Shown piece by piece: positions 40,793 through 53,595 of a stretch of DNA of 64,000 bases; position 1 is the stretch's first letter; every line of letters begins with the position of its first letter. The notes under the pieces were generated by a model. The model did not search any database. It was not told the origin of the DNA and worked only from the letters and a program-made list of their open reading frames with translations. This DNA is from Lama glama. Lineage: Eukaryota. Position numbers and translations under genes: made by a program. Location of the stretch: assembly GCA_028534125.1 (NCBI GenBank), contig CM052816.1:89406001-89470000 (forward strand), given 5' to 3'.

Positions 40793-42493
40793 GGCATCAG
40801 CCTCCAGTTTAGATGTGAGTCTTCTGCTTACAACCTGACCTAGCACTAGGTCCTCTATAATACTGTACAGAAGGCAGTTCCATTTGTTATTCTCTGTACA
40901 GATGTCAAAGGCATGGTAGGCATGCATGTACATATATGTCAGCAGAAATTCAGTGTTTTCTGTCATACACCATCAGTTTCTGTTATTTGTTCTATTTCTC
41001 ATTTCTTTTCTTCTTTGATAATGTTTGATCACTCCAACCTGATCAACCTGATCACTCCAATTTATATATTCATATATCTTTAAAGAATATTAATTCAGTT
41101 GAAATAATTCCCTTAAATTCATCTGCATATCTCTGCGGCCCAAAAGGAAGAAGAAAATATGTTCCTATATCCATAATTTCTCAATAGTCAGCCTCATTAG
41201 AACTTGTTTAAATGGCAGCGTAATCTACTTACAGTTGTTTTCTTGTTTGTAAATGGCCTTAGTTCAATTTTAACGTTGCTTTTCTGTTTCATAATATATA
41301 TTTTTAAAAGTCTATTAAAAGATTTTAAATGCTGATTTTGAATTTTTTCCATTCAATTAAAGAGAAAAAGACAGAAATATTTTTTGTCACTAGAATATGG
41401 GAGATATAGCAAATAAAAATTGAATATGATATCCTGATAATAATTCCAGTTAAAATGTTGGAGAGAGTTGCCTCATTTTTTTTAACGTGCTCAGAAATAA
41501 GTTACTCAAAAATAAATTTCCTGCCTACTTACATGAAGGTAACTCTAAGGGAAATTGCATTCCTGTTGGTTATGCCTGAATATATTTCACAGCCAGAATT
41601 TCAATTACTAAGGATCTTACATTAGTGAGCCAGGAGAAATCTGTCAGTAAAATAAAAAAGAGAGAGAGAGAGAGAAATGAGTAGACTAAAAGTATGTCTT
41701 CTCTTGTGCTGCTTCTGTGTATGGGAAGAATCAATTTGCCTTCATCGTAATCCCAAATAGAAGGAGCAATTGACTTTGGGGAAATCCTGTAAAATTTATT
41801 GCTGACAGCATGTTTGAGAGTACTTTCTAAGGATGACAGAACACATGAATTGATTTTGCTTCCGGTGACACCGGGATAACTGATTCTCTCAATCACAGAG
41901 TGTAGCTCTGGGGTTTGTTGTCACTTTTCCCTGCAGTTTAAAAGGTTTATATCAAATATGTGGCAGGACAATCTGAAAGGAAATATCTAATGTGATACTT
42001 AATTAACATGATACATCCAATTGCCATTGCCTTCATGTAGATACTATATAGAGAGTTAAGTTAGTTTACTAAATATTTAAGGAAGTGTTAACTTAAATAT
42101 AACAACAGAAATTAAATGTTATCAAATATATTAATGGATAAAATAGTGTACTCCATAAACATTAATCAAAATTAATTTTAAGAAAGGCATAATTTAGAAA
42201 AACTCTTTCATTTAGAAACATATATATTCCCTTATGCAGCAACTTTAATATTCATAATATACAAATTCACATAGTTATAAAATATAGTGACTAATTTTGG
42301 AACACTATATGGAATTCTTCTTAAGTAGATATTTATATCTTATTGCCTTCATGGATCGAGTGTGAGACATAAGGACATGGAGTGTGTGTGAAGTATATAC
42401 ATATGACTATATGGTACATAAAAATACCTGCAAGGGTGTGTGTGTGTATTACACTTACACTTTTAATACATACAATTAAAATAAGTAATGTCT

Positions 42494-42559
42494 TATATTT
42501 TACACTTTTAATGAATACATTAGTATTCTAATTAGTGTTCATTAAAAGTGTAAAATATA
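42494..42559. repeat. Perfect 22-bp inverted repeat with 22-nt partly self-complementary spacer
   Basis: tatattttacacttttaatgaa (42494-42515) / ttcattaaaagtgtaaaatata (42538-42559). Confidence 0.95.
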
Positions 42560-42654
42560 TAATGTAATGGTTTAATGTATACTACTAATACATTGAAACC
42601 TACACACATATACACATACAGTCACATATATTTACACACGCATATGTACACTTA

Positions 42655-43084
42655 CAGACATACCTCAGCAACCTTGCGGGTTCAGTTTCAGACAACTGCA
42701 ATAAAGCAAATATCACCACCAAGTGAGTCAAGATTTTTCAGTTTCCCAGTGAGTTTAAGTTATGTTTCCAGTAAACTGTAGTTGATTAAGTGTGAAATAG
42801 CATTATGTCCCCAAAACAATGTACGTATCTTAATTAAAAATCATTTTCTTGCTAAAAAACGCCTACCATCATCTGAGCCTTCAGTGAGTCCTAGTAGTAA
42901 CATTAAAGGTCATGGATCAAAGTTTAAAATACTGTGAGAATTACTAAATATGACACAGGGACACAGGGCGAGCAAATGCTGTTGAAAAAATAGGCCAGTA
43001 GACTCGCTCTCCGCAGGGTTACCACAAACCTTCAACATCTGTGAAGCACAAAAAAGCAAAGCAGGATAAAATGAGGTATGCCTG
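42655..43084. mobile_element. Non-autonomous Tigger1 derivative (Tigger1a-type), complete
   Basis: TIRs cagacatacctc / gaggtatgcctg, TA on both sides, Tigger1 terminal sequence ttgcgggttcagtttcagac..gcaataaagc; 430 bp. Confidence 0.9.
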
Positions 43085-43320
43085 TAATTGATTTCATATA
43101 TGCACATGACATTTACATATCATAAAGTATTTTCTAATACATAGAACATTGGCAGGATTTTTTTAAGCTACACCATATAAGAGAAAAAAAAAACAAGAAT
43201 ATTTTAGATGTTTTGTAACTTTTTTTTCCTTGTCCCATTTATGCCTCCCCTTCCTCCAAAGAAAAGTCATAGGAATCAAAACCAGGATTAAAATACACAC
43301 ATTCTATTTTTAAAGGCCTC

Positions 43321-44443
43321 TGTAACACATTGCACGTGAGCTCCATCCTATTGTCTCAACATTTCCACAGAGGCTTCTAAACAAAGGCTGAGGGAAAAAC
43401 AATAGTGCGTTTCATCTCCCTCAGAAGAGAAGTAGGAGGTATTATCCTTAATTCCAAAGGGAATGACTCAAGTGTTGTTTGGGGAACATTAAACAGTCAC
43501 ATACGTGCCTCCTCTAAGACAGGCCGTGGTTGGAAATGTGTAAGATAGGACCTTAATAGAGGAACCACATCCTCCGGTCCCTTCCTGGGCAAAGGCATGG
43601 GACGCTTCGATTCACCTTAAGCCAGGTAAAGGAGGTTCTAAGGTAAGCCCAGCAATAGTCACCTGGGCTTAAAGATCCCAGGGCCAGCAGGGGAGGTTCC
43701 ACAGGTGTAGGCTAAGGTGGCAGAGAGAGAAAGCCACGCCTTTCTTTCTAGCAAGATAAATGTGCTCTATCGACAGCAAAAATCCTTGGGGATTCTGCTC
43801 AAGAGTACTTCCTGAAAGTTTAAAACAACCCTCGTGACAGAAGTGTTAGGTTCCTTTGACCCAAATGAGAAGATGTGCTCGATAACACACTGGAGAAGTT
43901 TTGGACATTGTCTATGTCAAGGGGACTGCTGTTGCAGGTCCACAAAAATGGTCCCTGAGGAAGAGCCAGCAAGGTCACATCAGTGGTGGAGAGGACACCA
44001 ACCCAAGATTACAGCCAACTCTGTCATGGGTGATTGCGTTGATTTTAGCACATCCTCCCCTTCCTCTGGGTCAGGTTCTGGAAGGGTTTTAAATAGCAGC
44101 TAAGAAGGGAGTAGAGGGGAAATGATATAACGCAGAGAAACCAACTAGTTCATGTCCCCCTGGTGGCCTACAGGACTTGTGCAGATCCAAGCTTGGGGGA
44201 TGCTGTTCTGGACCAGATGGTGCTTATGTAATGAATAACCTCTCTGGGATTTTTATGCCTAAGCAAGGAACTATTTATATTGCATATTATATGGAGAGCC
44301 TGAAAAGCTATAGGGCTTGTCTGAGGTTTCATCCAGGAGCATAAAAAGGGATTAGACCACAAAGCAGATGGAAAAGTAGGAGTAAAAGTAGTTTGGTTTC
44401 CCCTTATGAGCCAAATCTAGGTCATTCAAAATTCCGGTGTTCA
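43321..44443 (+). mobile_element. Ancient ~1.1-kb solo LTR (LTR78-like / MamGyp-like)
   Basis: Begins tgtaac and ends ...tca; sharp GC rise; ctgaggtttcatccagg near the 3' end recalls the LTR78 family. Confidence 0.5.
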
Positions 44444-44774
44444 AAGTTGTGAAGCCAAGTTGATGTCTAGTAACTCTCCTTGTAAAGAAACACATCCTTT
44501 TATCCAAACTTAAAAAAAAGAAACATTTAATTTCAATCTTTATTATAGACATCTTTTGCCCACTTTTGCCATTTCTGATACCCCCTTAGCTCACATACCG
44601 TCATGTTTTCATGGTCCTCCTGAATGCTTTTGCTCCCTGTGGTCTCAGAATTTTTAACCCATACTCACCACCTCCTCCAGACTGGTATTTCAAAAAATCA
44701 GAATCCAGTCTTTTCAATTTTTGCTTTATGAACATCAGTCTTCATCCTCCACAACACCTTCAGAATAAAAGCCA

Positions 44775-44990
44775 TTTTTTTTAACTGAAGGATAGTCAGT
44801 TACAATGTGTCAATTTCTAGTGTACAGCGCAATGTCCCAGCCATGCATTACATACATGTATTTATTTTCATATTTTTTCCAAACTTAGTAAACAATCTAT
44901 GGTTACCAGGGAAAGAGGGTAGGAAGGAATAAATGTGGGAGCTTGAGATTTACAAATGTTAACCACTATATATAAAAATAGATTTAAAAA
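44775..44990 (-). mobile_element. Young L1 3' end with 5' inversion (twin priming), inside an L2 remnant
   Basis: 44775-44880 is an antisense 3' end; 44881-44990 is the upstream L1 segment in the opposite orientation; agccat...tttt on both flanks. Confidence 0.85.
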
Positions 44991-45584
44991 GAGCCATACT
45001 TTTTTTACAACACATATTAGAATGTTTTGTGATCTGTTTCTCGTTTTGCCTTTCAAGGATCATCTTTCTCATCCCTACGTAAACTCTTTTGCTCCAATAT
45101 TTCCTAAAAAATATATGACACCTGCACGTCTCTGTAAAACAGCAGTAGTACTGTCTTATTTCTTCCACCATTTTTTTGTTTATCGGACTGATGTCTACTT
45201 TTCCATCAAAATTGATCTCTGAGGCACTTCTAACTGGTGATTTCCTTGAAAGCCCTCCCTAAATTTTTTCCAACTTTCACTCTGAGCTAAATCTCCCTAC
45301 TCCCACAAATTTCTCCCACAGATTTCTGTCATAGCACTGGGTCTATCATAAAGCAGTAATAAATTTAATAGATACTGCTAATAACATAAAATTATCCATA
45401 AAATATAACTTCTAAAGAAAATTATATTCTAATTATTTGCTTTCACCAACATATGAATAGAATAAGAATGTTAAAAGATGAAATGTAAGTAATGATGTTA
45501 CTGGTAAATAAAAGGCTAATATCTTTTATTACATAAAAAGTATATAAAATGTGAATAGCAACATAAATTGCATTGATTGCTATG

Positions 45585-45800
45585 ATTTTCTAAGTGTTTA
45601 CTTAATCCCTGATAAATTTTATAACCTTACAAAAAACATTATGTAAGTTAATCAAACCTCAGAAAATTTTATCTTACTGGTATTTTTCCATTCTTTATAT
45701 GAGGAAACTGCCATTCTGAGAAGTTAAGTAAATTCACAGAGCTAATACAAGAGCAAGACAGAGAACTGGTCCTGTTCCCATCTGATTCTGAAGTTCTTTC
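45585..45800 (-). mobile_element. MIR SINE
   Basis: ccattctttatatgaggaaactg...agaagttaagtaaatt. Confidence 0.65.
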
Positions 45801-48334
45801 AGTCGACTTCTAGTTTTCACAAAATAATCCTTGACCACCCATAATTCTTGTTTTTATTATGTTTGCTTATCATAGGCATCTGTCCCTTTAAATACAAACA
45901 GAAATGCAGGTTGATACTTTTAGCTGAGTTTCTAAGTGTGTTAAAGGAATAAAGGAAGCAGGGAGAAGTTTTATAATTTTGATGAGACTCACATAGAATG
46001 TCCACTTTGGGGAGTCTTTTGGATAAAATCCTCTCTCTAGTTAAAGTTTTCTTTTCTCCCTTCACTTCTTTTTGACAGAACTTAAATTCTTGTGTTGACG
46101 TTCTGCTGGAGTGTGCTGACTTCTAAGTAGTTATGCTGATGACGGACGGCCAGGTCTTTCCATTTTCTGTCTTGATATTTTTAAATATTTTTTAGAACTA
46201 TGTATACAACTAGCTATAGAAAAATGTCTTTGACAAGCAATTCCGTTGAAATATTTTTTTTTGAGTCCTGAGATATATTCTGGTAACTTGATTCCTATAA
46301 TATTGTGTGGAAAATATTTACTTCATTTATTCATTCTTCCCACATTGACTTAGAAAGCATTTACTACAGGGGTAAAATAAAAGAAGTTTACATATTTGTC
46401 AGTGTTAATTTTGAATTAATCTTAGTTGGAAGACTTGTTTGTTTTACAATTACAAACATATTTCTAAGCAAGAGTTTTTCTATATGGTTACCCACAGACT
46501 TCTAAGAAACTGATTTAGTATTAGTATTTATTATATGGATTTTTTAATGTGTAGGTCAGAACAAGTGGTTTATAGATTTCCATGTCGTGGGCTGTTGCTT
46601 CCTACCTTAATTGAAAACTCTTGAAAAAAAAAGTATAGATTAAGGAAATATTCCGGGGTGGGGATAAGAAGTAATTCACTGTGAATTCTTTATTTAGCTT
46701 CTGCCATTAAGCTATCCTTGCAGGAAGAGTAAGTAAAATATGCAATCACATCAAAAATGCATAACTAGGGTCACTAAAATAAGGCAAATCTTTTCATTAC
46801 ATATAATAAATACTGATATTTTTTCCTAATTTAAGTGGAAAAAAATCCCTCTATGTACAAAATTTAATTTATCATGAAGAACAGGTGAGAAGATTTGGAG
46901 CATTAAAACTAAACATGTTATACTGTTAGTTCAAAACTAAGTATTTTTCTTTAATTCATTATGAAATGACTGGAAAAAATTGACCCCTGATTATAGAATA
47001 ATTCATCATCAAAGGTAGAGAGATTTCGTATATAAAATGATTTGAGCATCAATTGAATCACTAAAGGGTGAAAGACAAAAGAGGAAGATTTAATTAGGTA
47101 GAGACTGGTAATTTGGTTCAAAGGTTGACTCAGAAAAACAAACAAAATAAAATGTGAAAATTGATTAGTAATATTTAGTTACAGGATTCCAGAATGCCTA
47201 ATCTGACTTCTTCCCTTTCTATTAAGACATTAAACGTGCAAGGCATTTAGCTGAGATATGTTTCGATTTGGTTCTAGAATCCAAGACTCCAGCCCAACAG
47301 GTAGTTTTCATGATTCTGTCCTCAAGTATCTTTAAAACACATCATACCAATTTTTTTTCTGCCTGCATAGCTCTGTTTTTGAATATTTTGAGTTTTAGAT
47401 ATTTTTAATTACAAATGCACACCTAGGTCATCTAATAAGAATAGTTTATTGATTGTCTCACTTTTCTTATACTGGTAAGTGAAACTAGGATTTTCACAAA
47501 TGATGGCTGAACCCCTTAGTCTGCTGATGGTTTAATCACCATTATTGCAAAACTAGCAGAGGGGAACGTGGCAGCAGACAGGCGGTCAGTGATCCATCTG
47601 CCGCACGCCTGGGCGTCCAGGCACTCTGACCCTCCAGTCTACGGGACCTGTTCCCTGTGTACATTTAGCTGCAGAGAGGAGATTACCACTTCTAAATTGT
47701 CTCTGCCTGCTTGGGGATGGCCTCTGGGACTCACCACAAAAGCCATCCTTCAATTGCATCAATCTCTAATTGCCTAAGGGATTCAAATTTTGCATTTATT
47801 GCCCTTAAGTTAGAAATATCAGTGAAAACCATAATTCCTCTAAGTTTATCTTGTGAGACCACACTTGTTTCTTGGGGCAGAGGGGTATAAATATGCCAAA
47901 ATTAACCTTGCAATTGGAAAAAAAAAAACTTACATCAATGCCTTTCAATGCTATTTCCTTTTATTATGATTCTCACTCTTAACTGAGAGCATTTTTGACC
48001 TGAAAGCTCATTATTTTCCAGCTAGAAAGTTTCCTCCTTCACCTATCCTCATCTGCCTTTTCCTCCTCCCCCTTTCTATCTTTGAACCTTGTGTGTGTTA
48101 TATTTCATCACTTTAACAACTCTGTTACCATTTGTTAAATGCTGAAATCTATCTCCTGCGTCAGCTTTTCTCTCTTACTCTCTACCGTGTTTTTTTCCTT
48201 TACTCTTCTCCATGGGAAAGTTTTAAGATGTTTTCTACATTGTTTGTTTGATTTGAATTTTCTAAATTTTAATATAAATTGCAGTTTTTAAAAATGTTTT
48301 TTTCCCATTTAGGCCATGTTTTAATTTATGTTTC

Positions 48335-49420
48335 AGGTTCTCCATTTCAGTGACACATTCATTTTTTCTCGTGGCTCAGGCCAAACAACAGAAACAACAA
48401 AACAAATAAAAAATCATTCCGAGTTTTTCCTTTCTCCCACACCTTACAGCCAGTCTGTAAGCACATCTTAGCAACTCTGTATTCAATATATATATCCTCA
48501 ATTCAATCCCTGCATTTCACCTCTATTTCTAATCTAAGGTAGAAACATTATTACTTTCTGTAGAATATCTCAGGATCATCTTCTCTCCCTGATTCTATTT
48601 TTGCTTCCATATATTGCATTCTTCATGAAACAACCATTGAGGGATCCTTTTAAAACTCACACAGTGGTGTTTTCTTTAATAGATGATATTATTGTTTACA
48701 ATCACCTGCTTCTTCTTTTTTGGAGGTATATATGCTTCCACTTGGAGATTCTTAGAGGAAAGAGCACACATCCTGACCCTATGGAGAGGCTTGGCCTTGT
48801 GACTTGTAGGGCAATGCCATGTGAACACAGCGATCTGGGCCAGTTCCCAGCAGAAGTAACTTCATCTCTCTTGCTCTTCCCTTCTGCCTTGGGGCATGGT
48901 TGTTCAACACGGGGCCCAGGATGAAAGGACACAGAGGAGAGCTATAGCTGACCTATATCCAGGGATGTGGAACATGAGCAGGAAATAAATCACTACTATT
49001 TTTGTAAGAACTCAGCCTATCTAGGCCAAGGAGTCCTCTACCTTCTCTACCAAAACCACCAATACTTCCCGCAAAATGGAAGACAGTACCCTTCCACAGA
49101 CCTGTAGGGCCTTCTAGGATTTAGTGTCTCTACCTCTCTGCTCCAGTTTATTTTCCCCCTGCATGTCTCTGCTCCAGCCACACTGACTCCTAGCGTTCCT
49201 GGACTCCAGCTCCCTCTAGCTTTGCACAGTTGGCATTTGCTTTCACTTCTCCAAGTCTACAAGGCTTTCCTTAAATTAGCACTTGGTTCATTCCCTCCCT
49301 TTATTCTCAGATCAGCTATCACCTTTCATAAAAGTCTTTTCTAGCTACTCAATATAATATTCAAACTGAGTCACCTTCTTGTTTCATACCCTGCTTTACT
49401 GGTCTTCACATAACGTATTG
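48335..49420 (+). mobile_element. L2 remnant interrupted by an MLT1K/L-like LTR piece (~48795-49030)
   Basis: L2: gctcaggccaaa...tttctcccaca, gctccagccacactgactcct. MLT: aacatgagcaggaaataaa. Confidence 0.6.
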
Positions 49421-49440
49421 CTTACGTCTTTAAAAAGAAC

Positions 49441-49680
49441 AGTAACATAGGTGACATGTATTGAGTAGTTGCCACATGCAAGCACTGCTCTAAGTCTTTT
49501 CTGTGTTTCATCTCATTTTATCCTTTCAATAATACTGTGGAAAAGGTACAGCTAGCATCTTATTTTACAGATCAGGAAACTGAAGGACAAAAGGGTTAAG
49601 TAATGTAAGCACATTCACAAGGGATTAAGTGAAAAAGCCTCTGTATTCTCATTTTAGAGATAGGCTCTTAGCCGGCATGC
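49441..49680 (-). mobile_element. MIR SINE (MIRb-like)
   Basis: attttacagatcaggaaactgaagga...gggttaagtaa. Confidence 0.8.
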
Positions 49681-52475
49681 TAAGCCAGCCTGAAATTGTC
49701 TCCACCTTATGGATGTCTTCTCCTCGGGGCTGCACACAATTCTTCTAGAAGCTGTTGAGATTCCTTGCCCAGAGCAGAAATTGCAAGCTGGTTTGATGTT
49801 TCCTGGTGGTATTATTTCAGAGGTTCTGCATCCTTAGAGAAGCAAAGATGCTATTGGGACCATACCAAACCCCAGCAAAAGGAACAGACACCCTATTCTT
49901 TTTTTCCCGTTTTATTTATTTTAAATTTTTTCTGTTATTTGTCTTTGTAAAAATTTTTTGGAGGATCCACATACAGAAGATTGGCATTTCAGTATCTGGC
50001 TTTATCACAGCTTCCATGGGATGAGTATATCAAAACGTCTTCCTAGTTATGACCCACAACATCAGAGAAGAACCTTGAACTCCACCGCAGGCAGAGAAGG
50101 AGCAGCAGTTCTAATGAGGCATCTGCTTGTTTATTCTTGTTTTCCCAGCTCTAGGCTTCCAGACATGGGTGATTCAGAATGACTTAGATACACAGCACAA
50201 GAAACAGGTTTTCAACACATTGCTTTCCGCTCTTAGAGCCCCTAGTCAGTTGGGTATATTGAAGTAAAGCTTAGGTGGTGTTTATGTGTTTCCTGTGACA
50301 CTTGCCACGGTATTAGGAGAAAAAAAAATGTACGCTTCATCCTTAAGAGTTTTCGTATCATTTGATTTTCCAATTTGTGACCACTTGGCTTACATTCTCG
50401 TTGCGTCGAGGGTAGTGAAGAGAAAACAGCCAATAAACAATAACAACATAATAAAAATAAAATTACATGTAATGTTAGAAGGTGGTAATTACTGTGGAAT
50501 AAAAAGAGCAGTTAGAACAAAGGGATTAGGATTGTGCAGACTAGAATAAAACAGGGTTTGTTACTGAATGAGGGGTCAGGGTTGGTGTGTGTCGGCAGTG
50601 AGGTTGGTATGTCCAATCTAAACAATCTACCTGCTCTGTGTAGATTTCCAGAGTCTCTAATTTAATTTTCCCCAGAGGAGCAAAACTCCATTAAGAAGAG
50701 AGGCACAGATGGTTTGGATTCAGTCTTTTCTCTCAGTTTTGCTTGAGAGAAAATTGTATTTCTTCTGTCATTTCTGGCTGAAAGAGTCATGTGGCTTATA
50801 AAAGGTAAATCCATAGTGATGGAAATAAAATACCAAAGAAGATTTCTGCTTAGAAAATACCAATAGGAGTACAGATTTGGATAAGAATAAACATCGTCAT
50901 GATTTCAGCAATTTTTTTCTCCATGTCTTTACTTTCTGAATGATATGTTACACTAATATGTGAGTAACTATGAACACAGCATGAGAAAATTCCAACAAAA
51001 GATGAAAGAATGCATAGAATACAGGGTAATTTTTTTAAAAATAATGACTATGGTAATTCCACAATTTTATATAAATAGTTTTGTTTTTATAAATGAAAAC
51101 AGTTTGAATTTAATTTATATTGATAACATATTATGGAGATTAGATAGCTGTGTATATAAACATTACTAGTCAAATGATTTAAAAGTAATTATTAAAATTT
51201 AAATCATAAATAAATTTCTTTATAGTTTCAAGGTACATCCTACAAACAAAGCACTTACAAAACATAGAAATAAAGTAAGGCTCTTCCTCCACAAAATCGT
51301 TTGAATAAAAAAAATGCATCTTTAGTTGACAATATGTTTGTACGTGGCTTTTGGACTATTAAAAAGATGATTAATATTTATTAATTGAGCTCCAGAACTA
51401 GGTGGACTTGTAAATTGTAGTTTATAATATTTTTCTATAATGTTTATTGCCATAAGTGAATCAGACTGTATAAAAATCAGGGAAGGGCTTTTCCACTTAG
51501 TAATTGAAAGTCATCGATTGAGCCAGGTCTATTTCAGCAAGTAGTGGTTTTATGGGTAATATTTCACAATTCATTGGCACTTTACTATGAAAAAAAAGCC
51601 CACTTTACTTTTAGGAAACTTTCTCTTGCTGCCGTCACCTATAATAAATATACATTTTGACTGAAAATTAATGGGAATGTCTATTTTCCCTCTGCCAAAG
51701 CACATAAGAATGATTGTAACTCTTCAAGGCAATTACTTTGGAGAATTATATTCTGTACAACCATGTCAAGCTAGTTAAACATACCTTTGATTTCCCTTTC
51801 AAAATCATATTCAGAGATAGTTTGTGGTGTAAAACAGAAAAATAAAATAGGAGAGAGACAGATACATACATACATACATATATACATACAGCCTGCTTGC
51901 TAAGAATTGATACTCTTTTTATGGTCCAAACATATCATAATCATTTACTTTAATGACTTAGATTTAATTTTAAGATCCTACATCTATTTCCAACCATCAA
52001 ATATGACTTCCAAAGATGAAGGACTTTGTTATCAAGTGTTTATAAAGCAATCATTTCTCATTTCTTCTGGTCTTCCAGGAGTGGTTCCAAAAAAGTATAA
52101 AATAGCAACATCTTTGGCATGAGAATTAAACTAAGAAAAGATAATGTTTAGTGTTCCTATATGTACTTGCATATGTAAATATTGGTTTTATGTAATTTAA
52201 GGAGAATCACCTAATGATCAAGCATCAGTAAAATTATCAAATATACTTACATCAAAAAAATTTGCCTGTAGTAAAATATGAAATACTACCGTAGGCAACT
52301 CTGTTTAGATAGACCTGCTAATCTATCTAAGGAACATGCTACATTCAATTCATTTGCTCTGGAAAAAACAAATCTGGCACCAATAATCAGTAGAAAAATC
52401 ACTGAACACTTATTAGCAAATCCAGATGAGTTACTTGATATTCTCTGTCTTTATCCTCATCAATAAATTAAAAAT

Positions 52476-52496
52476 ATGTATATATATATACATATG

Positions 52497-52528
<32 letters not shown>

Positions 52529-52533
52529 TATAT
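52476..52533. repeat. (TA)/(TATG) microsatellite
   Basis: Directly visible. Confidence 0.9.
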
Positions 52534-52723
52534 CCTGTCCTGTCACCTCATGGGGCCATTTGGAGTTGAAAATTAGATGACATTACAAAACTCGGTAAGA
52601 TTTGGAATACTATAAAAACTGTGAGAACCATGTTCATTTAAGCATATTCTTTGGGAGAACATTTCCCACTAAGCTGACTATATTATCTGGTCGTCCTGAC
52701 ACATGATAATATATAAATGATAA

Positions 52724-53345
52724 TGATGCTGGAAAAAAGGATATGGGGCGTGAGGAGGGCCGTGTCCCAGGCTTCCGTTGAGCCCCTGGGAAGTGCCCCG
52801 CCAGGTGTGGGTCCTTGGCTTCGTGCAGAAAAGAATTCAAGAGCGAGCCCCAGTTGAGAAAAGGTAGAGTTATTCGAGAGATACATTGAAAGGTACGAGA
52901 AAGGCCATGAGGTGTGGAGGTTGGGTGTTCAGATTAAAAGTAGTTACACACTCCATAGACAGAGTGCGGGTGGTCTCCAAAGAGGGAGAGAGATGGCAGT
53001 GGCCGTGAGGCATCCTGTTGCCAGTTTTTATGGCTTCATATGCTAATAAGTGGGAGGACCAGTCTAACTAGCCTGGGGAAGGGGCTGGGATTCCCAGGAA
53101 GTTGGCCGTTTCCCACTCTTTGACCTTTTGTGGCTAGCCTTGGGACTGCCATTGCGCCTGTGGGCATGTTATTCACCAAGCAAATATATTACAATGGGCG
53201 TATAGTGAAGCTCAAGATCTCCTAGAAGTTAAATCTCCCACCATCTGGTGCCTTAAGGCCTAATGGGGGTTGAATCTTTTACCATTTTGATGTTAATTGC
53301 TGTAGCATTCCTTGAATGGCTGCGCCCTGCCACCTTCCTGTCTTA
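52724..53345 (-). mobile_element. Solo ERV1-type LTR, relatively young
   Basis: 622-bp GC/CpG-rich island, tgatg...tctta (TG..CA with one change), flanked by ataa/gtaa (4-bp TSD, one mismatch); aagaattcaagagcgagcc motif typical of laurasiatherian ERV1 LTRs; TATA-like ataaaaa on minus at 53025-53031. Confidence 0.8.
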
Positions 53346-53389
53346 GTAAGAACAGTGCTAAATTTTGCTTATGATTTTGTTTTGCTTTT

Positions 53390-53595
53390 CTGAGCATTTT
53401 TCTGTGCTTTGCAAATGCTATTTTATTTCATCATTACAGTAGCCTTATGACAAGATGAGAATTCATGACCCTCGTTTTCTGAAGGAGCAAACTGAGTCAC
53501 AGAGAAGTAATTTTCTTAAGGCCACACTGCTAATCACTGAAAATAGAGTTTGAACACTATCAGTCTGTCTGCAGAATCCATGTTCTTAATTGATA
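53390..53595 (-). mobile_element. MIR SINE
   Basis: aaactgagtcacagagaagtaa...aaggccacac...ccatgttcttaa. Confidence 0.7.

Noticed and set aside
41026..41060. Short tgatcactccaa / cctgatca repeats
   Set aside because: Tiny local slippage repeat; no array or spacer structure.
43321..44443. Possible endogenous viral coding element or captured gene
   Set aside because: Only short ORFs with no gag/pol/env or other viral motifs; TG..CA ends fit a non-coding LTR.
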